Of a stretch of DNA of 32,000 nt, positions 1 through 9,865 are shown piece by piece; within the stretch, counting starts at the first letter, position 1; every line of letters begins with the position of its first letter. Position numbers and translations under genes: made by a program. The DNA is from Wallemia ichthyophaga EXF-994 (lineage: Eukaryota; Fungi; Basidiomycota): the NCBI RefSeq assembly GCF_000400465.1, contig NW_008806280.1, forward strand, positions 60,001 through 92,000. The letters are read 5' to 3'. The notes under the pieces are model-generated. The model worked only from the letters and a program-made list of their open reading frames with translations. It was not told where the DNA came from and made no database searches.

Positions 1-36
1 TTTGCAATTTAGACCCGCTGCTCATCCAGCACCTAG

Positions 37-927
37 ACGCCAGCGAAACTCTCAACAACGGAAATTGTGATTTTGATCTTCTTTGTGAGTTGGGGATAGT
101 TTATAGTGCCCAATCTCAACCGCTGAAAGTCCACGCTGTACACCATCAACATTGCTGTGTCCAATCTGTCACTCAGTCTTGTCACAGTACCTGTTCACCA
201 GGTGGGCATTTGATTGTTTATCGGGGTTAATCTTACGTTAGCTCAGATTATAAGGTCACTAGGACCTCTCTTCACCATGGCACTAGCTGTGCCTATCCTC
301 GGATCTAAATTCTCAATACCCAAACTAGTGTCTTTGTTACCAGTAATCGCCGGTATCGCTCTGACGACATATGGCGAGATTAGCTTTACAGCACTCGGTC
401 TGTTCCTCACATTCGCGGGTACAATCTTAGCAGCTTTCAAGACAGTCGTCACCAACTTGATGCAAACTGGTCAGCGATTCCAAATGCATCCTCTCGACTT
501 ACTCCATTGGCTGTCTCCATTGGCGTTGGCGCAGTGTATCGCTTATGCCGTCTACACAGGCGAGTACTTTGAAGTATACAAGGATCTCTGGCCGATGCAT
601 AACGTCTACAAGACTATCTTGGTGATTGCACTAAATGGTGCCCTTGCTTTCGGATTGAATGTTGTATCTTTCGTGTCGAATAAGAAGGTCGGACCACTTA
701 CCATCTCAGTCGCTGCGAATATCAAGCAGGTACTCACTGTTGTTCTGTCTTTCTTCTTTTTTGAGTTGAGCGTTAGTCAAGTGGGCTTTGTGGGCATAGT
801 TTTAGCTTTGCTGGGAGGTGTGTGATGATCGTTTCAGGTGGTTTGCTTACTTGATTAACCTCCAACTACAGGTCTTTGGTATGGCAGAGTGGAGTATAAT
901 GACAAAAAACGCGCATTAACTTTGTAG
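37..927 (+). CDS. Triose-phosphate/nucleotide-sugar transporter family (TPT, SLC35E-like) protein, 5' end outside the window
   Basis: Exons 37-84, 130-201, 247-817, 872-927 (introns of 45, 45 and 54 nt) splice in frame to TPAKLSTTEIVILIFF-STLYTINIAVSNLSLSLVTVPVHQ-IIRSLGPLF...GG-LWYGRVEYNDKKRALTL*. Hydrophobic DMT-type helices and typical TPT motifs. Confidence 0.85.
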
Positions 928-995
928 ACCGCTTCTTACGCTCATGTACTATTAGTCTGTAGAATACAATAATTTATGTCTATGCTAAGGTGTGG

Positions 996-1963
996 CTACT
1001 GTTGAGCCAGCAACCAAGGTCTTTCATTCCAGAAGACGTCTTTGATAATGTCTACGTGCAATGTCTGTATGTCTCCGCGCGTGCCATCTATACCATCCTT
1101 GCGTATTTTTTCAATTCTTTTTTTTTCCTTGTAGGCACCATCCGATGGCACTTGAGGCAGTGAAGGAGGATCGCGCACCAGGACAGAACCTTTCTTGTAC
1201 ATTTCATTCAGCTGATTGTAGTTTATGCCGTAATCTTTGAACAGAATGTCATGCTTTTGAGATGAGACAGTGCCTTTCAACAGATTGTGTGCTTCCCTCT
1301 CTGTCTTCTTACCCTGCTGGACAATAGCCCAGAAGCAGGTGTTGTATAGGTTGTTTATATGTGCTGGGAGCGCTTTTAGTTTGAATATGTCAATAAACGC
1401 GCTTTAAAACCCACTATCGACTTGCCTCCAAGCGAAATAGTCGCGAACGTGTATAGTGAGGGGGTAAGTGATAATTCTACCGTCAAAAATGGGTGGATAA
1501 GCGAGTGGAATACTAAAGTGTCTGCTCCAATTGTACATAAAAGCTGAAGAAAACGCAGAAACAACCTGAGTCACTATCTTTGCTTTACGGCGATCATAGA
1601 TATGTGATTGAGGGCGCAAAAGGAAGCTTTTCGAGTGTGATTGTGAGTTTGGGTGCGAGGATTACTGGCATATTGACCCACCTATATTCATCACTCTCCC
1701 CGAAAGCCAAAATTACATCGTGGAGCTGCTGCATAACGAATTGAGCAGCGTCATTCATGCATTCTAAGGCTCGGCTATCATTTGGTTTCCTGAAATTATG
1801 TATATCGCTGAATCTAATTGCATTTTAGAGCGAATTGGAGTGCAAGATTGCTGTCACACCTGTGGAAGCTGTGACCATCTATTCTCACAACTGAGAAAGT
1901 ACTCGGGATCAATCTGTCGTGTTCCTCGAACTCCCGTACGTATCCGAATCTTGAGTTGGCCAT
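996..1963 (-). CDS. THG1: tRNA(His) guanylyltransferase Thg1, ~271 aa
   Basis: Exons 1963-1860, 1813-1682, 1626-1415, 1363-996. Contains MANSRFGYVREFE, VVRIDGHSFHRFS, FGESDEYSF and WRQVDTHINNLYNT, with both catalytic Asp motifs. Confidence 0.95.
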
Positions 1964-2126
1964 GTTGGTTGAAATAAGAAGAACATCCGAGTGGGTTAAC
2001 ATTTTAATCCTTTAAAGGAAAACCCTCAAATCCCCTGAGATTCGTCTAAAAATTAAATTTCTAAATTCAGAAATTAACCGTCATAAGCTTATCTTTCCAA
2101 CGACGACGGCGAGAAGAACTACGAAG

Positions 2127-5100
2127 ATGGATGATGACCATCCAATTCCACAGGCAGTATCAAATTTGAGGGATACGAATAAACGGTCTTCATCACAGCC
2201 TAGCAGCAGATCAGTCACTTTCTCAATTCGAGATAATGACGTTAATAATGTTGATAACGATAACGCTGTGGCAGATACAGACACTGAGGATGATTATGAT
2301 GATAATCACAGATACAGGCGCAGTCTCCGTTTCGAGGATGACCTTGATACAGGCGATGTTAATCACAATGATACCCCGGATCAGGACGACGCTTGCATGG
2401 GAAATCCGGAGAAAGTAAACGCTGATCTTGAAACGCAAGCAAAGGACACAGAACACGCGGAACCGCCACAACCACCATCACCTCGACAACCTAAATGGCA
2501 CAAATTCATTCAATGGAAGTACATTCGCTGGTTATATACAAATCACTCTTGGCATCACTTCAGACCTGTCATTAGAGCAAGTTTGGCTGCATGGCTTGGT
2601 CTTCTCCTTTTCCTCATTCAACCCGTCTTAGTCTTGATGGGCCAGGCTGCTTTCTATATCCTCGTTTGTGGTTTCTTGGCATCTCCACGTGATGCTATTT
2701 TACCAGACATTGAGCGTCAGATCATAAACCTAGTCTTTGTGTGCGCAGCCTGGGCTTGGTCAATAATCGGCCTTTCGATCGGTTTTGCAGGACGAGACGA
2801 AGCTCAGAACGAAGCTACAATGTCAGCCGTCCTTGAAGAAGCAAGCGCGATGAATAATTCTGATCTACAGCTATACATTCAACAGCAAGCTGTGGAAGGC
2901 CGGTTCATCCAAGCATCAACATCAGTCACAGCGGCCATCTTCCTTGCCTTCGGAAGTGGATTTTTCCTCTATCTTAAATCTAAACTATCACCACCACGCT
3001 ATGGAGTAGCCTGTGTGTTTTCGACAATCTGTCTGATCGTATCGTTGACACAAGGTCATACCGCTTACTCCCCCAATTACAAGATAGGATCGTATTTCGC
3101 TCTCCCTCTAGCATTACAGTCAGCAATCAATATTCTTTGCTCTATGTTCGTGCTACCTGTCACTGTCAACCACCAATTCTTGCTTGGATTACAGGCGGTA
3201 CTCCAACCGCTACAAAAGTTTACTCACGCAGAAACTGATTTGTTGGGCATTCCTGTCACGTCCGAGGATTGGATAGAAAGGGTAAGGTATCTCAAGACGC
3301 TCAACTCCCAATCCGTTCAAGCAATGATAGCGGTGCGTAGCAAGGACGCTCACGTCTTCCGTGAATACAGCTTCGGATTGTTGAGAGGCAGGGATTGTCA
3401 TGAGTTGTTGGAATTGATACGAAATGTCCACCTGCGTAGTGGTGGGTTTATCACTTTTAGCGAAGCTTTGTTGGTCGCGTTTCACAACAAACACATCTTA
3501 CAAGAAGCTGTAACACTAGCTGAGCCTGAAGATGTAGCGCAGAGTGCGGCATCTATTTACAGCCCCTCGAGAAACCCATCTCCCTTCTCATCTCAGCAAA
3601 ACACACCTAGGAGCTCAGTCGCTCTGTCGAGATACGATACTGGTGACTCGAGGGATGTTGACAGTCATCATTCAGCTTTGCACATCTTTGGTTCGCATAG
3701 TATAGGTACTCTCACAGAACTGCTGCACAAGTCGAAGAGGAAACATGTTGCACCAATTGGTGTCTTTGAATCCCAGAGATACATGGCGCTTGAGGAGCGT
3801 ATGAAATTCACTGATCAGGAGTTCGTGAGGGCACATTTTGCAATAGTCAGTGAACATTCGAGAGATCTTAACGATACCACGGCTGTTACTCTAGCACACG
3901 TCCAGAAGCAAATCGAGAGGGTTGATCGTGTTAGACTAGGATCGTGGCTTTTTCGTCGGCACGATTCTCCAGGCGAGGGTAACGCGATTATTGAGAATAT
4001 GGAGATTTGCGATAATCTCCGCCGCGCTATCACCAAATTCAAGACTGAGGATAGACTAGCAGTACTGAGAAACTACTCTCAGTTCTTCGATGGCTCGCAG
4101 CCACGCGCAAAAATACCTTACAGAGCTTTGTTTTGGAGCTTCAATTATCAGTACTACCTCCTCGGTTTCTCAGGTGCACTCCTAGAACTTGCCGAAAAAA
4201 TGTCCAATCTCGAAGCTAAGCGAAAAAAGCCTAGACTATGGATTCCTGAAGTGCATCTCTTTGGCTGGTTTGCTAGTAGCACCGAAAAGCATGGCGAAGA
4301 GGAAGAAGACGATGACGATCCCGAGCACATGGCAGATGTAATGGAAGTATACCCTCAATCGAGAGATCCCGACGTTCTAGCACCTTCGAATGTTTTTGAA
4401 AGATTTGGGTGGGTGTTTGTTTGATGCTAAGCTGATATATACTGAACGGACACCTTAAGATCAGTGTTATGGAAATTGTGGATGTTTGTTATGTCCAAAC
4501 AGTCTTTGTTTGCGCTCAAAACTGCGCTTCTGGTTGCCCTCGTTACGCTGCCTGCCTTCCTGAAAACCTCGGCAGGGTTTTACTATTACGAACGGGGATT
4601 ATGGGTCGCAATTATGGCCAATTTGACACACAGTCAACACCGAGTGAGTATTTGAGAGTTTTCACTTAGTTATAATGTCTGACGATTGGGTACAAAGGGT
4701 GATACTCTCTTCAATTGGTTCACGCGTCTGGTGTACTCTGTAGTCGGTATTTTCAGTGGTCTGCTGATATGGTAGGTAGTTGTTTGTTCATTTCTCAGTT
4801 GTTGACAAAGTGTAATTTTCTCATTAGGACAATAGCAGCTCAAAAAGGAACAGGTAATCCATACGCTGTCGGCGCGACGTGCGCAGTAGCATTCCCGATT
4901 ATGTTCTACATAGTCATGTATTTCCCCGGTACGAATGTAGGATTGATGGTGTTAATGGTTTCTGTAGCTATGGTTTTGGGCTATAGCTGGCAAGACGCAC
5001 ACAATCCATCGCTTGTGAATGTCGGATGGGGATGGGATCTAGCTTGGAAGAGACTTGTTTTGGTAATCATTGGCGTTACAGCTGCATTCGTTTTCGCATA

Positions 5101-5883
5101 CGTTCCACCAGTCTCCAGTGCCAAGAGACACCAGCGGTATATATACTCGCGCACAATAACAACAACAGCCAATAGCTGGTGTGCTATTGTTGGATATGCA
5201 CTTAACAGTCATCATAGGGATATCGATGAGCAGGCAATAACCAAAACACTTCTTGCGGTTAAGTCGAAACTTCGGAAAAGTAAAGCTAGACAGGATTTTG
5301 CAGCTTTCGAATTCAGCTTAAGGGGTAGATGGCCTAGAGCGAGGTATGAAGCATTGCTTAATGTGCAACTAGATTTAGTAGAGCTGCTGTCGCAATTCAT
5401 GGCTGTTGCGAAAGAGTTAGACCCGCTGTGGATGCAGTGCGTGATGAGTCGGAGCAGATATAACGATCATAGATTTGTGGGTGGTGATTTACAATTTGAA
5501 TCTTTAGCTGACAATGATACAATACAGGTCGGCGATGTCTTGGCTTGTTTCGAAATGTGCGCTACGAGTATCAAGACAGGAATGCCCCTTCCTCAGATAA
5601 CACCTTGTCCGTTGGTAGATCGGGGATATTCAGCAAAATTAGGATTGGATCTTGGCGAGCACGTCCCGGATGGACTACCATCGCATGTTGATTTCAATGT
5701 TTTGAAAAGCGAGGAGTATTGGGTGGGTTTGAAGTGGGAAACAAGTCTTTTCTGACAAAATCACACCAGCTTTATTGTGTCGCCTACTCGCTATCGCAGT
5801 CTATTTTGATCCGATTGGATAGACTAATGATTTACACCAAATCGCTAGTTGGTGAGCAATTCCATATTATGTTAGATGTTTAG
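2127..5883 (+). CDS. Large multi-pass membrane protein of the aromatic acid exporter / FUSC-like superfamily (Bre4/YGL140C-like), ~1165 aa
   Basis: Exons 2127-4408, 4460-4643, 4698-4771, 4828-5476, 5528-5722, 5770-5883 join in frame. Acidic disordered N-terminus, two TM clusters, and C-terminal motifs FRGRWPRARYEALL and RLDRLMIYTKSLVGEQFHI typical of this fungal family. Confidence 0.75.
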
Positions 5884-6077
5884 ACGGGAGGTTTAATTTA
5901 GTCTCGATAGTTGTATTTTTAAGGATTTATGTAAAGCATTGTTAATATCATCTACGTTAGATTGATTGGTTGTGTTTGAGTTTTGCTCACGTTTCATAAT
6001 TCAGACAATCAAAGAGTAAAATCACAAAAGCAGCAGTAATAGCCCAACGAAAAGGTGTATGGAAACGTTACATGAAT

Positions 6078-6749
6078 CTAGTAAACGTAACCGAGGATCT
6101 TACCACCAGTGTGCTTACGTCTGGCCTCCTCGTGGTCGACGATGCCGGAAGAGGTAGTAAGAATGATCTTACCGAATGAACGAGCTGGAAGGAGCATAGC
6201 AACCCAGTTCTCGATTTGAGAGAGTTGTACGTTGAATCTTGGGGAGATAACACCGCACTTGTTCAAACGACCGTTGAGTTGAACGACGACCTTTCCAGAA
6301 CGGTGGTCATCGACTTCTTCAAAGTCGCCAATGTAGCCTGAGAGAGATGTGAGAAGGTGAATGAGGAAGGGAGATGGTTTGATTGGTTGTTAGGCGAATG
6401 AAAAAGAGAGTGAAAAAGTGTAATGTAGACACGTTACCGTTTCCAACGTATATGGGTGGATACGCAAGAATGTCTTTGTGTCAGTGAATATATCGACGTC
6501 TTAAAGAATGAAGGCGGGAGGAGTAGCCACAACATCAAACAGTTATAACGTCGAAAAGGAAGGATGAAAAAATTCACCTGACAACCAACCAAACCATTTC
6601 GAATAAAGCAACTCACCATGCTTTTGCATGACAGACAAGAACTTGACGACGACCTTTGAGGAAGGACGGACGAGGACTTGACGCTTTCCGCGACGCTCAG
6701 CGTTGACGATGTTGTTGAGTGCATCGTTGAGGATAGAGACACGGACCAT
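6078..6749 (-). CDS. RPS22: 40S ribosomal protein S22 (uS8), 130 aa
   Basis: Exons 6749-6617 and 6337-6078 with a 279-nt GTGAGT..CAG intron. [33 protein letters not shown]...[36 protein letters not shown]...KILGYVY*. Confidence 0.98.
6421..6555 (-). ncRNA. Intronic box H/ACA snoRNA, snR44-like (5' hairpin guides 18S pseudouridine at yeast U106)
   Basis: Two hairpins (CGACGTT/GACGTCG and AGACAT/GTGTCT) followed by ACA plus 3 nt (6426-6424), about 135 nt. The pocket strands ATAACT and TTTAA match 18S CAUUAAA-U-C-AGUUAU. The host intron is the same as for yeast snR44 (RPS22B). The H box is non-canonical. Confidence 0.8.
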
Positions 6750-6754
6750 TTTGT

Positions 6755-6898
6755 CTGATGATGGCTAGAGTCAGTAAAGTGGCTTAACCCGACGAGGTAC
6801 ACTATCAACATGCAATTGACACTCTAGTGTTCTGTCGGGTTTGAAGGGTAATTCACACCAGCCACTAGAGTGTGTTGCATATTTCCATTACTACTAAC
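6755..6898 (-). other. RPS22 5'UTR intron (144 nt), highly structured
   Basis: Donor AG|GTTAGT at 6898, branch TACTGAC near 6771-6777, acceptor CAG at 6755 five nt before the ATG. Confidence 0.75.
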
Positions 6899-7039
6899 CT
6901 TGTGAGCGTGGGCTGGGAGCGTTAAGAGAAGCCTCGAATATTTTCTTATTTTGAGATTTCGCGCATCTCACAAAATTTAAAAAATGGGCGAGGCGGATAT
7001 CGAAATTGAGGAAAAATCGAAAGCTTTGAGTTAACCAAG
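6899..7039. promoter_or_regulatory. Bidirectional promoter shared by RPS22 and RPS17
   Basis: About 140 bp between the RPS22 5'UTR donor and the RPS17 ATG, with A/T tracts (AAAATTTAAAAAAT). Confidence 0.6.
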
Positions 7040-7695
7040 ATGGTGAGGAGAGGAAAATAGGTAGATTTGGCTGGTATTTGCAGGGAATGTGGAGGCTAGT
7101 AATATTCAAGGGTGTGGCTAGTAATTAAGCTAGTACATATTCCAGTTCAAACAATTCTTCTTCACAACGACTCAACCAGCCAAATCACCTGTACGCAATT
7201 ACTGGCACTAACACACAACTCTCCAGGGTCGCGTCCGTACAAAGACAGTCAAGCGCGCTTCTCGCGTTCTCATTGAGAAGTACTACCCAAGACTTACGCT
7301 TGACTTCCACACCAACAAGAGGATCTCTGACAGTGTAGGTAGCTTATAGATTGTGAATAACCCTCTTATTCGTTGTACAGGTCGCTGTCATTCCCTCAAA
7401 GAGACTGCGCAACAAAATTGCTGGATTCACCACCCACCTCATGAAGAGAATCCAGAAGGGTCCTGTCCGTGGTATCTCATTCAAGCTCCAAGAGGAAGAA
7501 CGTGAGCGTAAGGATCAATACGTTCCAGACGTCTCTGCTCTCGACACCACCGAGAACCCTCTCGAAGTCGACCCAGACACCAAGGACCTCATCAAGTCTC
7601 TCGGCTTCGACTCGCTCCCTGTCAACGTCGCCGCTGTCTCCTCTTACCAAGGCCCTGAGCGTCGTCAACGTCGTGCTGTTCCAGGTGCTGCTTAA
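7040..7695 (+). CDS. RPS17: 40S ribosomal protein S17 (eS17), 141 aa
   Basis: ATG (7040-7042), 184-nt intron, exon 7227-7334, 46-nt intron, exon 7381-7695. [86 protein letters not shown]. Confidence 0.98.
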
Positions 7696-7771
7696 ATTCG
7701 GTTTGAGTTTGAGTTTTGAATGTAATCATGTTTTATATGTACACGCATAAACTCCAAAACAGTGTTTGCTA

Positions 7772-8076
7772 TTAGCTTGTTTTTACCTGCTTCTCTAAAC
7801 TTGATATCCTCGCTTTGAGGTTGTTGATGTGGGTTATCTGCAGTAATTTGAGTACTTACATGCCACAAATTCTCCACCCCCACCTACCGTATCATCCAGC
7901 ACCGTCAGCTTGAAATCACTCGGCTTAGATTTATCGTTGTTGGTATCGTTGCTGACGAGCTGTCGCAGCTCCTCGAAACGCATATTCACTCTCAACCTAC
8001 GTCTCTTCTCGAGCTCTGAATGCTGCTGCCTGCGATGTGTTTCCTTCTCCTCCTTTGTCAATTCGTACTTTGTCAT
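7772..8076 (-). CDS. Small bHLH-zipper protein, 84 aa
   Basis: Exons 8076-7888 and 7837-7772 (50-nt GTAGGT..CAG intron). Basic region RRQQHSELEKRRR (H5-E9-R12-R13), helix 1 RVNMRFEELRQLV, and helix 2/zipper KLTVLDDT-ITHINNLKARISSLEKQV. Confidence 0.8.
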
Positions 8077-8140
8077 CCACGCCTATCCGTGTCCCGTGAC
8101 AAACGTTGAAAATGTACCATGTCATTGTGTCGATGACAGG

Positions 8141-8146
8141 CACGTG
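8141..8146. promoter_or_regulatory. E-box CACGTG upstream of the bHLH gene
   Basis: Perfect palindrome 65 bp upstream of the ATG within a 156-bp intergenic gap. Confidence 0.35.
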
Positions 8147-8232
8147 AGCGGCGTGGGCGGTTTGAGCGGTTTAAGCGGTAGTGAAATGTGCTATAGAAAC
8201 AGTGTATATACATTATAAAATATCCGTGAATA

Positions 8233-9749
8233 TTACACAAACAACCCCGCATTAGCAACACCTACCGAGAAATCCACCACCATTATCCGCTTGTCATGTG
8301 AAGCTGTGACGATTCTCCTACTATCAAAAGCGAGGTCAAATATGAGAGAGGAGTGATGATTGACCGTGTTAGTGTATTGAATATCGCCGTCGACCTTATT
8401 AAGATTCCACACCTTAACGCAGCGATCGTAGCTGCCACTAACAATGATACGACGTGCGCTATCGATCTGCAGCGACCTCACCAACCCAGCGTGACCGACG
8501 AGGTTACACAGGTGAGTTCCATCAGTAAGCGATAGCTGTATGGTATTATCAGAAGAACCCGACGCAATGACCTCATTGTCAACATCTATACAAGCAATAC
8601 CTCTACTATGCGTATTCTCAATCCGTCTCACCAACCTACCCTCATCGAGATTCCAGACATTGATAGCCTTATCGCCCCCCGCACTAGCGAGGACGTTAGA
8701 TTTGGTGATCGAGAGGCTGTTGACGGGCGACGAGTGTGCGTGATCGAGTTGGTAGAGCAAAGTGAGGCTCTTACGTGAGTAGACACAAATACTTGAGTCT
8801 TTACTACACGAAGCGATGAAATGGTTGTTGAAGTCTACATCGAGGACTCCCGCCGTGTGGTGTGAGAGTGTACGCGCTACTTTCGCCCGCCCTAGCGTAC
8901 GTCCACTGCCCAGCTTCCATACATGTACCACCCCATCAGAGCCGGCGGACACTCCAAACGTTTTGCAGAACTTGAGACTTATCACTGAACCGTCGTGCGC
9001 ATCAGAGTACGTCGCAAGCAGTCGCAGCGTCTGCATGTCCCAGATACGTATCGATCTGTCGCGCGAACCTGACAGAATCTTCTCGTCGTCGAACGCTACT
9101 GTGTACACCTGTGTGGTTGTCAATTCACACCTGCTGACACTGCCTACTGCCTTCAACCCACGCTGTCTGTGTGCCCTTGGAGGAAATCAATCTTGGGATC
9201 AGCACCACCAAACCACCTGCGCTCTAATTGCATCCTGCATTTGAACAACTCGTACCAGTCGAGTGAGGTTGGTTTGAAAGAGAGTGGAGTGAGTGGTGTG
9301 GATGGCGTGTGTGGTGTGTGTGGTGTGTGCACTGTGTGTGCTGGTGAATCAGTTATTGATAGTGGAGTGAATTGAGTGTTTTTGTTTATTCCACTCGCAA
9401 ATGCACTTCTGTTAACGCTATTTGATCTGCTTAATCCACTTGACCTAGATAAACTACCCACTGAGCTCGATCGAGAGAGTGTAGGTGGTGTGTATGCAGG
9501 TGTAGGCGGCGGTGTATCCTTCACTTGATCAGAAAGCTCCCAACCAAATCTGTAGAACAAGTCGCGGTATATGAGATTATCACTGGCTACATCATTCCAC
9601 GATTTACAAACTAATTGGCAGTTGAGAATGTCCTCAAGGTTTATGTGTACCAGTATGTATATTGATATTTCTAGTGGCAATTCACTTATTATATCCTTGT
9701 GTACTCCAGGTATTATAGCCGACAAAATATCCATAAACTTCATCGTCAA
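8233..9749 (-). CDS. F-box/WD40 protein, beta-TrCP/FWD-1/Pof11-like, ~487 aa
   Basis: Exons 9749-9162 and 9108-8233. F-box IISELPLEISIYIL...CQLVCKSWN. WD repeats GHTDS-VYTVAFDDEKILSGSRD, HSRGIACI..SGSSDNTI and GHAGLVRSL resemble beta-TrCP repeats. Confidence 0.88.
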
Positions 9750-9865
9750 GATGAGAATGGCTGTGATAATTACGATATAAAATTGCTATTGCATATGAAT
9801 AGAGCCGTGATAATTAGAATGAACGGTGGTAATTATATGATAATACAAGTGTCTAGAAGATTCAT

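Noticed and set aside
6434-6811. 125-aa minus-strand ORF across RPS22
   Set aside because: Alternative frame running through intron and snoRNA sequence, with no protein features.
7076-7174. Possible snoRNA in RPS17 intron 1
   Set aside because: No C/D boxes; only a weak single stem, with ACA at a non-standard distance.
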